A DNA stretch of 64,000 nt from Octopus sinensis (taxonomy: Eukaryota): contig NC_043011.1 in assembly GCF_006345805.1 (NCBI RefSeq), positions 27,168,464 to 27,232,463 on the forward strand, read 5' to 3'. The notes beneath the pieces are model-generated. The model searched no databases and had not been told where the DNA came from. It saw only the letters and a program-made list of their open reading frames with translations. Numbering within the stretch: the first letter of the stretch is position 1; each line of letters begins with the position of its first letter. The position numbers and the translations under genes were made by a program. Below, in pieces: positions 39,503 to 53,604 of the stretch.

Positions 39503-42500
39503 TATAGCTACAAAAAGAAGGAAAATAAAGAGCAGAAACACAACCAAGCCAAATGCAAACACGAACAAAGCAGGGGGAAATACATCTCCCGAAGACATTT
39601 CAAAACCCAACGCAAACAACAGCCACACCAACACCACAAAAACATATACAGCAAACATGCTCACAGCCATAGACACCAAAAACACAAATTTGATGGAATA
39701 CATCCAATCAAAAACAAACATAACAGAAGATGACATAAAAACAAACAATCACCCATACACAACACCACCAGACCACATCAAAATATTACACATCTCCAAA
39801 AGTCTGCGCCACACACTCAAAGGCATTTTCCCCAGTGCGGTTGGTAAATGCCAAAAATATATCACAAAGAAACTGTACTGGGATCTTCTCGAGGACAAAC
39901 CAACGGAGGAGAAAGCAAAAACTTTCGAGCAGTAAGTAACCCTCTGTATTCTAATTCATTAGAACTATGATCAAGATTGGTTGTGTAAATGCGCGTGGCT
40001 TGGGGTCCCCTTGGAAACAAGGGTACCTCTTAAATGACATAAAGTCACATAAGTTAGAAATCATAGCCATAAGTGAGACCAGACTCCACAATCCGCGGGC
40101 CCTAAAGACCATGTTTGGCGGACAGTTCAACATTTATTTTTCCCCCTGTCTGCCGAGAATGGGCGGTAGTGGCACTGCGGTACTTTTTCACAAGAGTCTG
40201 GATCTCAAAGTAAGGACAATATTCGTAGACCGGAGGGTAGACTGGTCGTCCTGGATGTCGACGGCAGCAATGGGTGCGCTTTTCGACTCGTATCAGTTTA
40301 CGCACCGCCCTTAACAGGTCGGGCGGATTTCTTTCAACGTCTAGAAGTTTTCTTGGGAACGTCTCGTCCTTTACTCTTAGTGGGGGATTGGAATGCTACC
40401 TTGGACACGCATGTAGACTACGTGGGTAGAGATAGGAATAGACGGGGATGCAAATGCCTCAGAGACCTGCTCAGACGCTTTCAACTGTCTGACAGGTTCC
40501 GACTAGACCACCCGAATGCGCCAACGTGGACATGGAGCAACCGCATCGGGTCGTCGAGATCGTATCTAGATAGGATACTGTGTAGGACAGTAAGAGAGAT
40601 AGCATAGGATGTCCACAATTCCACATAGTCAGCTACACGGATCACAAACTTGTGACATGTACGCTAGACTTAGGTAAGACACTTAGGCAGGGTCCCGGAT
40701 ACTGGAAACTAAACGCGTCTTTCCCATCGAGACAGGTTTTCAGAGACCGGATTAGCACACTAGTAAAGAGGGCTTTGGCGGGAGCCATCATCAACAACAA
40801 ATGGTGGTTTGCCCTCAAGAGAGCAGTAAAAGCAGAAGCGATTAGGTACAGCAAAGCACTAGCCATAGATAGAAATAGAGTAGAGGGTGAGCTAGTTAAG
40901 AAGCTAGAAGAGGCAATTAGAAGCGGCATCGCATCCGACGTTTTGGCGGCGAGGTTGGCCCTCGACCAACACTTCAACGCCAAACACGAAGGATGTGCTG
41001 TCAGAGCTAGGATGCGTGCTCTAAGGAACGAAGGTGTTGGAGCCGCGAGAGAGGCCCGGGTGGCAGAGGCGCAACAGGGCAACAAAGCCACCATTCGGTC
41101 CCTGGTAGATGAACAGGGGCGCGAATTGCTCGAGCCAAGTAAAATGTGTGAGGCCTTTCAGCAGCATTTTGCCCGACTGTTCGGAACGAGTGGAGGGCAA
41201 GAACGTAGGGTGGACTTCAGTGCCTACCTACATAGCCTACCACGACTCTCGACAAGAAAAGCAGGGTGCTGCGAAGGTGCCATCACGGCGGCGGAAGTGC
41301 AGGAAGCGATGGCAGAATGCCCGAGGGACAAATCACCGGGTTTGGATGGTCTACCCTACGAGCTTTACAATTGTATGCCAGACTTGTTTGGAGATCTCTT
41401 GGCGGCGGTGTACTGCAACTGGCAGCAAAACGGGAGCATTCCTGGTTTTGTGAGCCGAGGAGCCGTAATACTGCTGAAGAAAGATCTAAACAAGGGAAAT
41501 GTAATAGATAACTTTAGGCCCATCACTCTGCTTAATGCAGACTTGAAAATTTTGGCCAAGGTGCTAGCCAAGAGGTTGGTGTTTGTCATCGAGAAACTGG
41601 TCGACAAGGCGCAAGCGTGCGCCGTGCCAGGCCGGACCATCCATGACAACCTCCATCTGATGCGCTACATCATAGACAGGGTAGTTAACGAACCTGGCAT
41701 GGGTGAGGCCCTGATCAACTTGGATCAATCGAAAGCCTTTGATAGGGTAGACCATCGATACTTGGAGGCAGTCCTGAGAGCGGCTGGTTTCGGTCCCGTC
41801 TTCCGCGGCTGGATAGCTGCCTTGTACAGAGGCATCCGTTCGGTAATTCGCGTAAATGGACATCTATCGAGACCTTTCGACATGCACGTTCGGTCCGTCA
41901 GGGATGCCCCCTCTCGGCGCTTCTATACGTATTGACTCTTGAGCCACTACTGCGGAAGCTGGCGACTCGAAGGGGCATCCCGCGAGAATTGGGATGCGGG
42001 ACGAGCGTGTCTGCATACGCGGACGACGTCACCGTCATAGTGTCTAGCCACGAGCACATCGAACTGGTCGGCGAGACACTGAAAAACTACGAAGTAGTGA
42101 CAGGAGCGAAAATCAACCGGGAAAAGTCAGTGGGCTTGCGACTAGGCACCTGGAGAAGCAAGCCCATGCCGTCCACCAGCGCCTCCGTCGTGGGACGCTG
42201 GACCGACGGCCCGGTTGAGTTGCTCGGGGTCTGGTTTGGTCCGGACCTCCAAGTGGAGAAGAACTGGAACGAGATAACGAGTAGGGTGGTCACTCTCGCC
42301 CGGCAATGGGCCGAGAGGAAACTGTCCCTAAAAGGTCGAGCGGAGGTGGCGAACACGTACATCGCGTCCGTCATCTACTACCGCCTGACCGTCGTACCTT
42401 GTCCCGACCCTACCATCACCAAACTACAACGCATTCTCTTTCGCTTCTTGTGGAAAGGATGCGTCCCGATGGTCAGGCGATCCATTTGCTGTCAACACCC

Positions 42501-43787
42501 GTTAAAAGGAGGGCTGGGCATGCCGTGGTTGATGATGCGCAGATACGCGCTGAGACTGCGACATCTCTGGCTCTATGTAGACGACGGTGAACAGGTCTGG
42601 TCACCGTTTGTGAGGCACGCTTTCCCGCAGCTCGTCTCCATGACCGAACTGCAGTCGTGGATCAAAAAGAGGCCGAGGAAGGGCGAATGGCACCGCGAGT
42701 GTCGCGTTGCTCTCAAGCAACTCTGCCGTCCTGGGTCGACCTTAAGTGACTTCAACACAACCAAGCATTCTATAGGGGTTTAGTGAGGGGAGGTACGACG
42801 ACGAGCTCGGGGCGAACCTGGACGTCGACGAGGAGTACCTGACCCGCCTGTTCAGGACGACTTTCGGGCCAGGGCCCATGGACAACTTCCAGAGATCCCT
42901 GGCCTGGCAGTGCTACCGAGAAGCGCTACCCGTTCGGGATAAGCTCTACAGACACGGCTCGAGAAACACGGGGCCGACCTGCCCGAGATGCGGTCAGAGC
43001 GACGAAACCGTTCTGCACGCACTCGTTCAGTGTCCAACAATTTCCGACCTGTGGGCTTATGTCGAAAAACTGCTGTCACGTGTGGGACGAGTCGGTTTAT
43101 CAGCCGAGTCTATCGTCAATATTGTCACGCCTCCTTCCTTCAAACGGGAAGGAAGAGCTATTTTCATCATCCTTGTGGCTATGGCGAAAGAATGTATCTG
43201 GTGGACGCGTCTGAAAGGATTGGAGACAAACACTTTCCTCTCTGGTCAATCTCTCATCAACTTCTTCAAGTACCACTTGAAAAGGAAAGTGAGAGTAGAG
43301 AGGCAAGTTTTGTCTAGTGAATGTTTTAAAAAAAGATGGGTGAATGTAGCAAGAATGGCACGTATGAATGAAATGACGAAGCCACCTTGAGCATAATCCT
43401 ATGAACCCAGAAATTGAAAACAGAGATTTGCTTATTTGCAAAAAAAAAAAAAAGAAAAAGAAAAAAAAGAAATATAAAATGTGACTTCATTGACCGAGGT
43501 TACCGTGGTCTTTTCCGTAGGCTTTTCTTTCCACGGGTAAACCTCACCTGTCCTCCCCTTTACACTTCATATTGACATTTCTGTGATAACGATCCCTATT
43601 GATCAATTTTTTTTTTCCTCTCCCCCCTTTTTTTAACCCCCCTTTTTTGTCCTCTTTCTCTCCTTTTACGATCCCTTTTGATCGACACTCCCCCCTTTCC
43701 TTTTTTTTTTTTTAAACCTTCAAAAGAAAAGCTCTACCTTGTAATTTGTTCTATCTGTGTGCAGCCCTGTGTGGCTAATAAAGAAAC
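39503..43787 (+). mobile_element. Tx1/L1-clade non-LTR retrotransposon, 5'-truncated in ORF1, ORF2 frameshifted
   Basis: ORF1 C-terminus runs to 39935. ORF2 starts at 39967 with APE motifs (GCVNARGL, AISETR, VGDWNA, SYLDR), then RT (FRPITLLNADLKILAKVLA, DQSKAFDRVDH, YADDV) and a CCHC knuckle (CPRCGQSDETVLHALVQC). A pyrimidine-rich 3' UTR ends at AATAAA (43777), followed by (TATC)n. Confidence 0.92.
39967..43390 (+). pseudogene. LINE ORF2 (AP endonuclease + reverse transcriptase + CCHC), broken by several frameshifts
   Basis: ORFs 39967-40314, 40353-40607, 40652-41935, 41932-42783 and 42878-43390 are consecutive pieces of one protein. Confidence 0.9.
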
Positions 43788-43788
43788 A

Positions 43789-43850
<62 letters not shown>

Positions 43851-43859
43851 CCTGTCTGC

Positions 43860-43891
<32 letters not shown>

Positions 43892-43918
43892 ATATCTATC
43901 TATCTATCTATCTATCTA

Positions 43919-43949
<31 letters not shown>

Positions 43950-44020
43950 TTCTATCTATCTATTTATTTATTTATCTATCTATTCATCTATCTATCTTTC
44001 TGTCTGTCTGTCTGTCTGAG
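43788..44020. repeat. (TATC)n/(TGTC)n microsatellite, 3' flank of the Tx1 LINE
   Basis: Directly visible. Confidence 0.95.
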
Positions 44021-44047
44021 GGTCTGCCTTTTTGTCGAAAGGTAGGC

Positions 44048-44091
<44 letters not shown>

Positions 44092-44139
44092 ACGGGCAGA
44101 GAGAATATTTAAAACATATAGCAGTGATGCATAATAGAA

Positions 44140-45530
44140 TCCTACAGGTTTCGAAAACCACTAATAAAAAATTTAAACTGAAAATCTAAGTTTGCAATGA
44201 ATTCCCTTGCCTGTTCTAATTCTGAAGCACTCCAATATGATGGGTTTTCTAATATGGTTGAAAATACCGCCAAACAGTAATTTTGTTGGAAAAATGAATA
44301 CTTGCCGAGCTGAATAATTCCAACGTGTCTCAGGTAACTTTGGAAATCACTTTCCAACAATTTCATCCAGTAGAGCTATTCAAACCGTCGGCTTTGAGAA
44401 AAAAGTTGAAATTTCTTTTAGATTTTGGAAGAAAATTCGCCATTCACGAAAATTTGAAGCTTAGTGAAAGAGTACCAAAGTAAGTGAATGTTCATAACAA
44501 CGTACACATATGACGTTCGCGCCAAAATCTCCTTTATTCTTGCTTGTACTCCGTTGAAATGTCCAGCCATCACGCTCACTCTGTCATAAGTTTATGCGAT
44601 GAATTTTTGGCCACATTTGAATTCATTAACAGATTTTCGAATTTCTGTCAGCTATGCAAGCTTTTCTCTCTTTACTGGCATCGATGTATCCCAAAAACTT
44701 TCTTGAGGCTTTTCCATCTCATCATCGATTTGCAAAACGTGTGGGAATTGACATTTAATTCAAATGTCCGTAGTCTCACCAAACATAACAGCAACGATTA
44801 CTACTTTTTTAAAAATCATTACCTTAATTTCCCCTTCAAATAAAGCAGCTGTACAATTAAATGTTCTGATTTTGAATATTATTTGACAATTCAGAAAATG
44901 TGCAGTTGACATTTTTCTTCACGAAATCTAAATGCTGTCTTAAGCACTAATTGCATTCCACTATTACTTCACATGTAGCCAGAAATTGCCCTTATTGTTT
45001 GATTTTTCTGTTTTATCGTGTCCTTCAGAAGGTAATTCCTAACTGGCCAGAATTTCAATACAATGAATTAACCTTTTCAAAATATCATGATTTTTCTTCA
45101 CTGATCTGTTATAGAACTGAATCGAAGCTGCTTTCCAGTGATCGATGACAGAATCAATCCGTTGTCGAACAAGGGCTTTAGAGCAATTACGGAATTCAGA
45201 TGGTTCTAAAGTTCTTGAGTTTTGCCAATGAAATTGTGGAAATCGCAGTAGCCAGTAGCTGTCCATGTGTTCTTATGCTCACAAACCAACAGACATAGGA
45301 AACAGAACAATTTGTTCAGAATGGGGCATCCTGTCATCGGCATCCTGTCAGCTACTCATACTGCTGTTGATACTTGGAATCAAAATAACGATGGCATTCT
45401 TTGTTGCCCATTTTGGTTCAAGCTTTGGCTTCTCGTTTTCGAGAATGATAATATTCTTATCATCTTCGAAATTTCTTATTGCAAAAGGTCGGGAAAGAAG
45501 GGAAGAAACTTAGCTAAATGACTCTTTTGC
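44140..45530 (-). pseudogene. Decayed hAT transposase (Tip100/Zaphod, ZMYM1/DUF4371-like)
   Basis: The minus strand gives SRPFAIRNFE, KLFCFLCLL, then RIDSVID...YNRSVKKNHDILKRLIHCIEILAS*ELPSEGHDKTEKSNNKGNF and FSELSNNIQN. These match the N..IL.RL...LA.QEL.FRGHDE...N.GNF signature of this group. Confidence 0.75.
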
Positions 45531-46649
45531 CATTCTGAGAGTGAATGAAAGCGGGGAAATGTTACTAGGTTATAATTTGTTTAAAATGAATAGAAGCTTT
45601 ATTTTAACAAAAAATTAGGTGCCAGTATACTTCTGTTACGTAACCTTTTAAAAATAATTTTAAATATCTAAAATAAAATTTTAAAGTATTGGTATGGATA
45701 AACGGGTGAAAAGTTTATTTTTTAATAACAGAAAATAGATTTTGCCAGCTACTTCATTTCGCTCCAACTGTGAAGTGGTCAAGGAGAAGACCTTGTGTAG
45801 TGGTCACATGACTGAATTTGGGCTTTAAGAAGGGATCTTGAATACTCTCCATGGGTTAAATATTTTAAAAGGTAGTATGTACTCTTCAGTGTCGAATAAT
45901 TATACCAAATAAAGCAGAATCTGCAATAAAACAAACAAATTGACTAAACATCCATTTCACATCTAACTCTGTCTATGAGGAAAGCTTTAAGTCCTTTGAA
46001 TAGACAATTCTCTGATCTCTGCCACACAGGGCAGTGAAAACTCTGTTTCAGAAGAAAATATGTTTACAACGTGTCTGCTGGCTTAACATGGCTGGATGGC
46101 GAGTAGAAAAATTCGGTTTTACTCTACCTTTCTGTATTTGACTTTCCACTCTTCAGTTTTGTCTCTCATTTTCACGATACCTTCACGAAGTGATTACAAT
46201 ACAAAAAAAAAAACACTGTCCTTTCTTACTATGACTGAAAGGCAAGCAGAAAAATTTCTGCTTTTCTCTACTTTTCTTACTTTGATCCCCACTCTTTTGT
46301 TTTTTCTTCCACTCCTCCCCACCTCAAAAGGAATAAACAGGAACAATTAGATTATTGCATTTACCTTTTTTCCTCGCTGTGCAAACAGGAACTTTATCTA
46401 TTTACTCTTCGCAAATAATATCGATTGTTTACAATTTATACTGAGAAATGAAGGAATTGGACATACATATTGTTATCACAAGTACAATGGGGACAATGAA
46501 AATTATCAATAATTAATTTAAAATTATATCGAAACTCTTTATTCTACAAAAATGTAAGGGATGCAGTGCATGCGTTGCATACATAAACCTTTCGCCCCTG
46601 GTTGTGTATATATATATTCTTTTGTTTGTTTCAGTAATTTGTTTATACG

Positions 46650-47619
<970 letters not shown>

Positions 47620-47639
47620 CTAGTTGGGAAAGAACTAAA

Positions 47640-48560
47640 ACTGATGCGGCCAACGGTTATTTGAAAATATAAGTGAAAGATGTTTAAGAAACATTCCCTC
47701 TATTTAAAAATAAGTATTTAAGAAATATACACTCTAAATAAAGCATTTATCATAGAAAAGCGATAGAGATGTTCAATGAGATAGCATAGTTATATTTAAA
47801 TCAGTTTATGACTTGACAGTTATATAAGTAATATAAGGTATGGTGTTTATTTAAAGAAATTATTTTTAAGAAAAAGAAATTTTGTGTGAGAATAAAGAAA
47901 TGAAAACTTAAATGCAAACGAAACAATCGGAGTTAATTAGAGGATAGCTCTATATATTGGAAAAAAATTATTTAAGTGTAAAAACTTATATTCATTTATG
48001 TGTATTAAATATGAGATAAACAAGTAAAAATAGAAGTAAAGTTGTTAATATTACAGAAATTAAGAGAGTAAATACTTGCTGGGGCTAAAAATATGAAAAA
48101 AAACCGTTTCAGGATAATGAAAATGTAAGGTATTCGAAAAATAAAGCGATAAACAATGTAGGAGAGATTCATCTGAGACAAGGACGTAAGGATTTAAAAA
48201 AAAAAAATATATAATTGTCGGTATTTAGTAGGTTGACTATGTTTTGGATAGCTAATAAAAATATAGAATAAGATTTGAGAATCTAATTATGCATAAAAGA
48301 AGTGAGAAGTATAGTAATAAAGATTATCTAACTGATATAAGGTAACAGTGAATTGTGAATGGGAAAAAAAGAAAAAAATTATTTATGGAGTATAGGGTGC
48401 AAAAAATAAAAATAAACGATATCTGTAAGTACATACATTTTGTAGAAGAGTAAAGCAACAAGAATAATTATTATTATATATCTATAAGTATATATCAGCT
48501 GTAAGATATACTTAAATATCAGGAAGGCTGGCAAGAAGCCTTAAACAAAAATAAAATTAG
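47640..48560 (+). mobile_element. Highly decayed Penelope-like fragment (thumb to GIY-YIG)
   Basis: Relics IEMFNEIA.LY and IRFENLIMHKRSEKYSNKDYL resemble the better-preserved element at 49900-52030. Confidence 0.4.
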
Positions 48561-49239
48561 AATAGTAAAGAGAGGTATGTTTTAAAGTACATATTTTACA
48601 AATGGAATAGATTACCAAGAAGAAGGGAAAAAAAGAAAGGGAAAATAACAAAAAAATATATATGAGCAAAAATTGGACACCGAGGGGTATTATAAGTGTT
48701 TACATATATCAGTAGCAAGAAGTAATTAAGTATCAGATTGTCAATTAAGATTAAATAATGAAAATAATTGGAATAGGTAAGAGAAGGGTGTATTTAAGTA
48801 CATATTATGCAAAAGAAAAAAACTTACAGAAAAGGGAGGTATATATAGAGGGAAGATCTAAAAATATAATTGAGAGAAAAGGAGGTTTATAGAGATTTAA
48901 AAGGGATGTTAGATCAATAAAATGTGGGTCATATATTTATATGGGGGGATGGATAAGTAATGAATATATATCCTTATAGTATAAGATGGAACGATGTACA
49001 AAATATTATAATAAAATAATAATCTAATACGACAGAGAAGGTTAGTATGTATAGAGAGGTATTATAACAAAAACTTTTTATAGAGAGAGAAGGAAAAATA
49101 TAATAAGAGTTAAGGTGTGTATGTGTGGGGATATTATTTAAGATTAATAAAAAGGAATTCTGACATATGTCTACTTGAAAAAATTTTTTTTATCTCTAGA
49201 ATTTACAAGGGAACCATTCATTTATATAATATTATAACA

Positions 49240-49840
49240 CTTTTCTATGCATAATTTACAAGTTATCTACATCATTTTTATTTGACGGATATTGGTCCTC
49301 ATCTTATTTGTTAACACAAGGTTTCGGCTAATATACCTTCCAGCCTTCATCAGGGATCTTGGGGAAATTTCGGACCTGGGTTCTCATTCCTAAGGTATCT
49401 TTCGATGTTATTATTATTATTATTCTATGTTTGACTTTTGCTTTATGTCTGTACAAGTTGGCTCCAAGTCTCACCCAGAGACCTCAAGAGACAACAGGTT
49501 GGAAGTTCTGTGCCATATATTTGGGGTTTTTTTTTTGGTGTTGTACTAGTGAATGTCTAATACATAAAAATAAAAAATAAATAAATAAATTAAAAAAAAA
49601 AAATTTTTTAATAAATAAACAAAAAAGTTTGTTTTAAACCTTGGGATTACATAGAGAGTATTTTGCGTAGGATATGAGCAGTTCCCATGAGCACTATCTT
49701 TTGAATTTCTGCCATTATTATTATTATTATTATAATAATAATAATTATTATTATTATTCAGGTCACTGCCTGGAATCGAACTCGGAGTCTTGGGGTTAGT
49801 AGCCTACGCTCTTAACCACCACGTCATATGCTCGTGGGCA
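49240..49840 (-). mobile_element. Family E element: tRNA-like head + (AAT)n + degenerate hammerhead + tail, interrupted by a Dong fragment
   Basis: Head 49840-49759: gcatatgacgtggtggttaagagcgtaggctactaaccccaagactccgagttcgattccagg. Hammerhead relic 49358-49313: CUGAUGA-A-GGCUG...UAGCC-GAAA-CC-UU-GUGUU. Confidence 0.7.
49425..49713 (-). mobile_element. 5'-truncated R4/Dong-type 3' end inserted in (AAT)n
   Basis: The minus strand reads AEIQKIVLMGTAHILRKILSM*, like the C-termini near 5320 and 14790. (AAT)n lies on both sides. Confidence 0.75.
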
Positions 49841-49899
49841 TATGACGTAAAGATGACAAATATATGTCAAATGTGAATAATGTAAATAATGTACATAAA

Positions 49900-52030
49900 A
49901 TACTCATCTCTTAAATATAGAACTGTATAATTTACAGATTTTGTTATGTGTATAAGATGGGGCTGAAGACAATATTTTCCAAGAGATTGAGTAATCTATA
50001 TTGTTTCTTTTGAGTTGCCAAACTTTTTTGGATAGACCTGTTCTATTCTCTTCACGAAGGTCATTAAAGGATGATTTATGATTAGTAATTCTTAATTTTA
50101 GAGAATTCTTCTTACAACCAATGTAAATAAATTTAGAGAGATTATGGGTAATAATTGTTGCTTGGTATACTACTTCTTTCATTTTACAGTTTCCATCTAC
50201 TTCACAAGTATTAGGGTTTCTACAGTTACAATTTGAATTTTTAGTTGGTGCTATATTGCTATGTCTATATGTATCAGGATAAATTGTGTTTTGGTTATTC
50301 TTATAATTGTAGCTATTAGTTATAGAATTTATGAAGTTCCTAGGTTTATTAGTTTTATTATAATAGAATTGGTCCAGTTTCTTATTGTTAACTGAAAATA
50401 TTATCCTACACAAGTTTGGAGATATTAAAATCCAAATCTAATGTTTTTGTTATTAAATATTTTTGTAGAGTTAAAAATTATTTTATATAATATTTCTAAT
50501 GGATCTAATAAAATTTGATTTTAGCTGTTTGGCAAAAGGTATTATGATCCAAGTAATGTTATTGTTGCTATCGTTATTATAGCAGTGGGTTATGTTTTGG
50601 AGGTCATTTATTCTTACATATGGTATAGGTTTCTTTTTTCTATATTGTTCCTAATTCTATTAATATGAATTCTGTGGTTATTTAAATTATTTGAAGGATT
50701 AGATGTGATGTGATAAATTTCATTTTTTAAGTGTATTGGTTTAGTGTCTCTATTTGTATCTATTATTAATTGTTTCGGTGTTTATTGTTAGTATACTTGG
50801 GTTTCATTACATTATTAATAGTATAGTTGGTGTTTTGTGAATTGGTAAAATTAGTATTATTTTTTCTTTTAGTGAAGTCAAGGTTGTTGATCTCATATTG
50901 AATCTGTTTATTATTATGTTTATTGCTGTTGTAGGATTATAATCTATTGCAAATGTATTGCTGATGATTATTATTATTGAGAGGTTTTGACTTAGGTTCA
51001 CTAATATGGTCTATGTTGTGTTCACATCGAGACTAGTATAATTAGAAATGGTGCTATTTGTTTTATTGTACTTAATTTGATATTTGTATCCTGCCTTTTT
51101 AAGTGTTAGATTGTAGCAGTCTTTATATTTGTTAAAAATTTCTTCATTAGATCATAATAGGTTAATTCTACTTTCTATGTGAGAGGTTAGATTTCTTATA
51201 ATATTATATGGATGGTTGCTTTGAGCGTGTATGTAAGTAATGTTGTTGTTAGGTTTATGGTAAGGTTGATATGAAAAAGTATTAAGGTTAAAGTTAACGT
51301 CGAAGAAGTTCACAGTGTTGTTATCGTTTTAAATAGTGATGGATAGTCCTTGGTTTTTGAAGAAATTATGTAGTTTTTTTGTATAGCTCATGTTCCCTGT
51401 TGGAGGTATTTCTAACTAAGAATAGTGCGTCGTTGCGGTAAAGACCATCTTCTAATTCAGGGAATTCCTCTTTTATATTTTACATAATATATTTTACATG
51501 TTATTATATTTTACATATTTCTAATGGATCTAATAAAATTTGATTTTAGATGTTTGGCAAAAGGTATTATGATCCAAGTAATGTTATTGTTGCTATCTTT
51601 ATTATCGCAGTGTAGAAGGTAATTCCAGCTAAATCGGGTACATCAAAACAGTCAGAGGTATCCTTTCTAGTCCAATATTTACCTTGATGTGAGATTATAG
51701 TTTTTCTACCTTCAAGTATGATTTTAATTTCATTCATTGATAATTTGGTCCTGTTCTTGTCGAAGATAAGTGCTTTATAATGTAATATAGAGTTTATAGA
51801 TGGATAATAGCTGTCTATGTCGAGTTATGAATTTACATTTTTCCTTATGTTGAATGATGGTGAACCAGCTGATTGTATCTAGTGTTTTTGACAACAGGTT
51901 GAGATTAATTTTGGATTTCAGTAAGTGCAAGTATTTGTCTAAGATAAATTTGCTTAGTTTTCCGATGTCATTATTTGTTTGCTTTAATGTTAATAGATTT
52001 TAGGACATCACTATTTATAATCTAATATGT
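49900..52030 (-). mobile_element. Penelope-like element remnant (RT + GIY-YIG endonuclease), rearranged
   Basis: RT relics DIGKLSKFILD, DIDSYYPSI, GLYRND and TVNFFDVNFNL...QPYHKPNNNITYIHAQSNHP. The GIY-YIG ORF 49904-50413 reads CNCR...GNCKMKEVVYQA...YIGC...RITNHKSSF...LSKKVWQLK...W.IL..A.SY...CKL. Confidence 0.85.
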
Positions 52031-52158
52031 CTTTGTAATTTATTTATATAGGAGATTATAGTAATTTATTTGTATAGGAGATTATAGTATAGATCTGCAC
52101 TATTATACCTTTTAGGCTCAACAACAAATTATACCTTTTATCGCAGTGCACGATTTAA

Positions 52159-52269
52159 GACTCAATAACAAATTTTGTTTTGAGTATGCTCATGGTCTTC
52201 CATAAGGATAAAATATGTATATCCAAATATGTAATTTGCTACTTCCTCCATCAAGTCTTATGTAATAAA

Positions 52270-52303
<34 letters not shown>

Positions 52304-52309
52304 GTTATA

Positions 52310-52351
<42 letters not shown>

Positions 52352-52711
52352 TAATAATAATATAATAATAATAATAATAATAATAATTTTTGATGCATTC
52401 AAAAGGATAAAATATTTGTATCTGAATATGTTATTTGCGACCGCCTACATCAAGCCTTCTGTAACAATAATAATTTTTTGATGCATTCTTTTTCTGCACT
52501 GGGAGAACAGTAATATGTAATTAATTTAATTTAATTAGTTTCTAATTATTCTACCATGTTATTTACATACTAATATTGCTGTTCGAAACGATAGTGCGCA
52601 TGTATTAAAATTCTTTTAAAAAACAATTTAGCATCTTCTCTTCTCCATCTTTAACAGTGTGTTGAGTTTCTATGAGATATTTTTCCATAAATTCTCATCT
52701 CATACCTTATA
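52159..52711 (-). repeat. Right arm of the long inverted repeat, with an (AAT)n expansion
   Basis: Reverse complement of 46768-47619 without the Helitron. Confidence 0.85.
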
Positions 52712-52952
52712 CACGTAATAATTTCATATTCGCAAAAATGTTACGCCAGTAAGCTACCAACGAAATATGAAGAATCTTGATTAGATATCGCTCTTTTGGA
52801 ACCTTCCGAAGGAAAGGATACATTGAACTTTATTTACCTTTTCACATACATACATACATACATACATACATACATACATACATACATACATACATACATA
52901 CATACATGCATACATACATACATATATACATACATACTTACATACATACATG

Positions 52953-52988
<36 letters not shown>

Positions 52989-53080
52989 GACATATGTGCA
53001 TGCATATATTCAGTCATTTGCTTATACGTTTATATACATAGATTCAATCATATGATAATACATTATATATATAAGCATAT

Positions 53081-53130
<50 letters not shown>

Positions 53131-53254
53131 ATATTATATATATATATTCTGTCATTTGTTTGTACGTATATATATATATAAATACATGGTGGTGCTCCAG
53201 CATGGCTGCAGTTAAATGAATGAAACAACAAGTTAAAAAATAAAATAATACACA

Positions 53255-53294
<40 letters not shown>

Positions 53295-53429
53295 TCTGTA
53301 TCGACTACAAAATCTGATGGCATTATACACTGCGGATCACACTGCAGCTTCTCACATTGTTGTAACTTTCAAATGATGCAACTCCACTGGGTTAGTTCGG
53401 CTGGCGAAGGTTCCCTGCAGAAGGAGATT

Positions 53430-53604
53430 TCAGACCATCACAGGGTTACCCTTAGTGAACAGCTTAGTGAACTGAAGCAATGTGAAATGGAAATGCTTTG
53501 CTCAATAACACAACGCACCGTGGACAGGACAGTCTGGTAATCGAAACCACGATGTTGTGATTTTGAGCGCAAAGCACTCTAACCGCTAGGCCATGCACCT
53601 TCAC
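53430..53604 (-). mobile_element. Degenerate SINE related to family D
   Basis: Minus head gtgaaggtgcatggcctagcggttagagtg...gtggtttcgattacc; body ttgagcaaagcatttccatttcacattgct. Confidence 0.6.

Noticed and set aside
48515-48550. aggaaggctggcaagaagccttaaac as a hammerhead
   Set aside because: Stem II survives but both core boxes are destroyed, so it is at most a relic.
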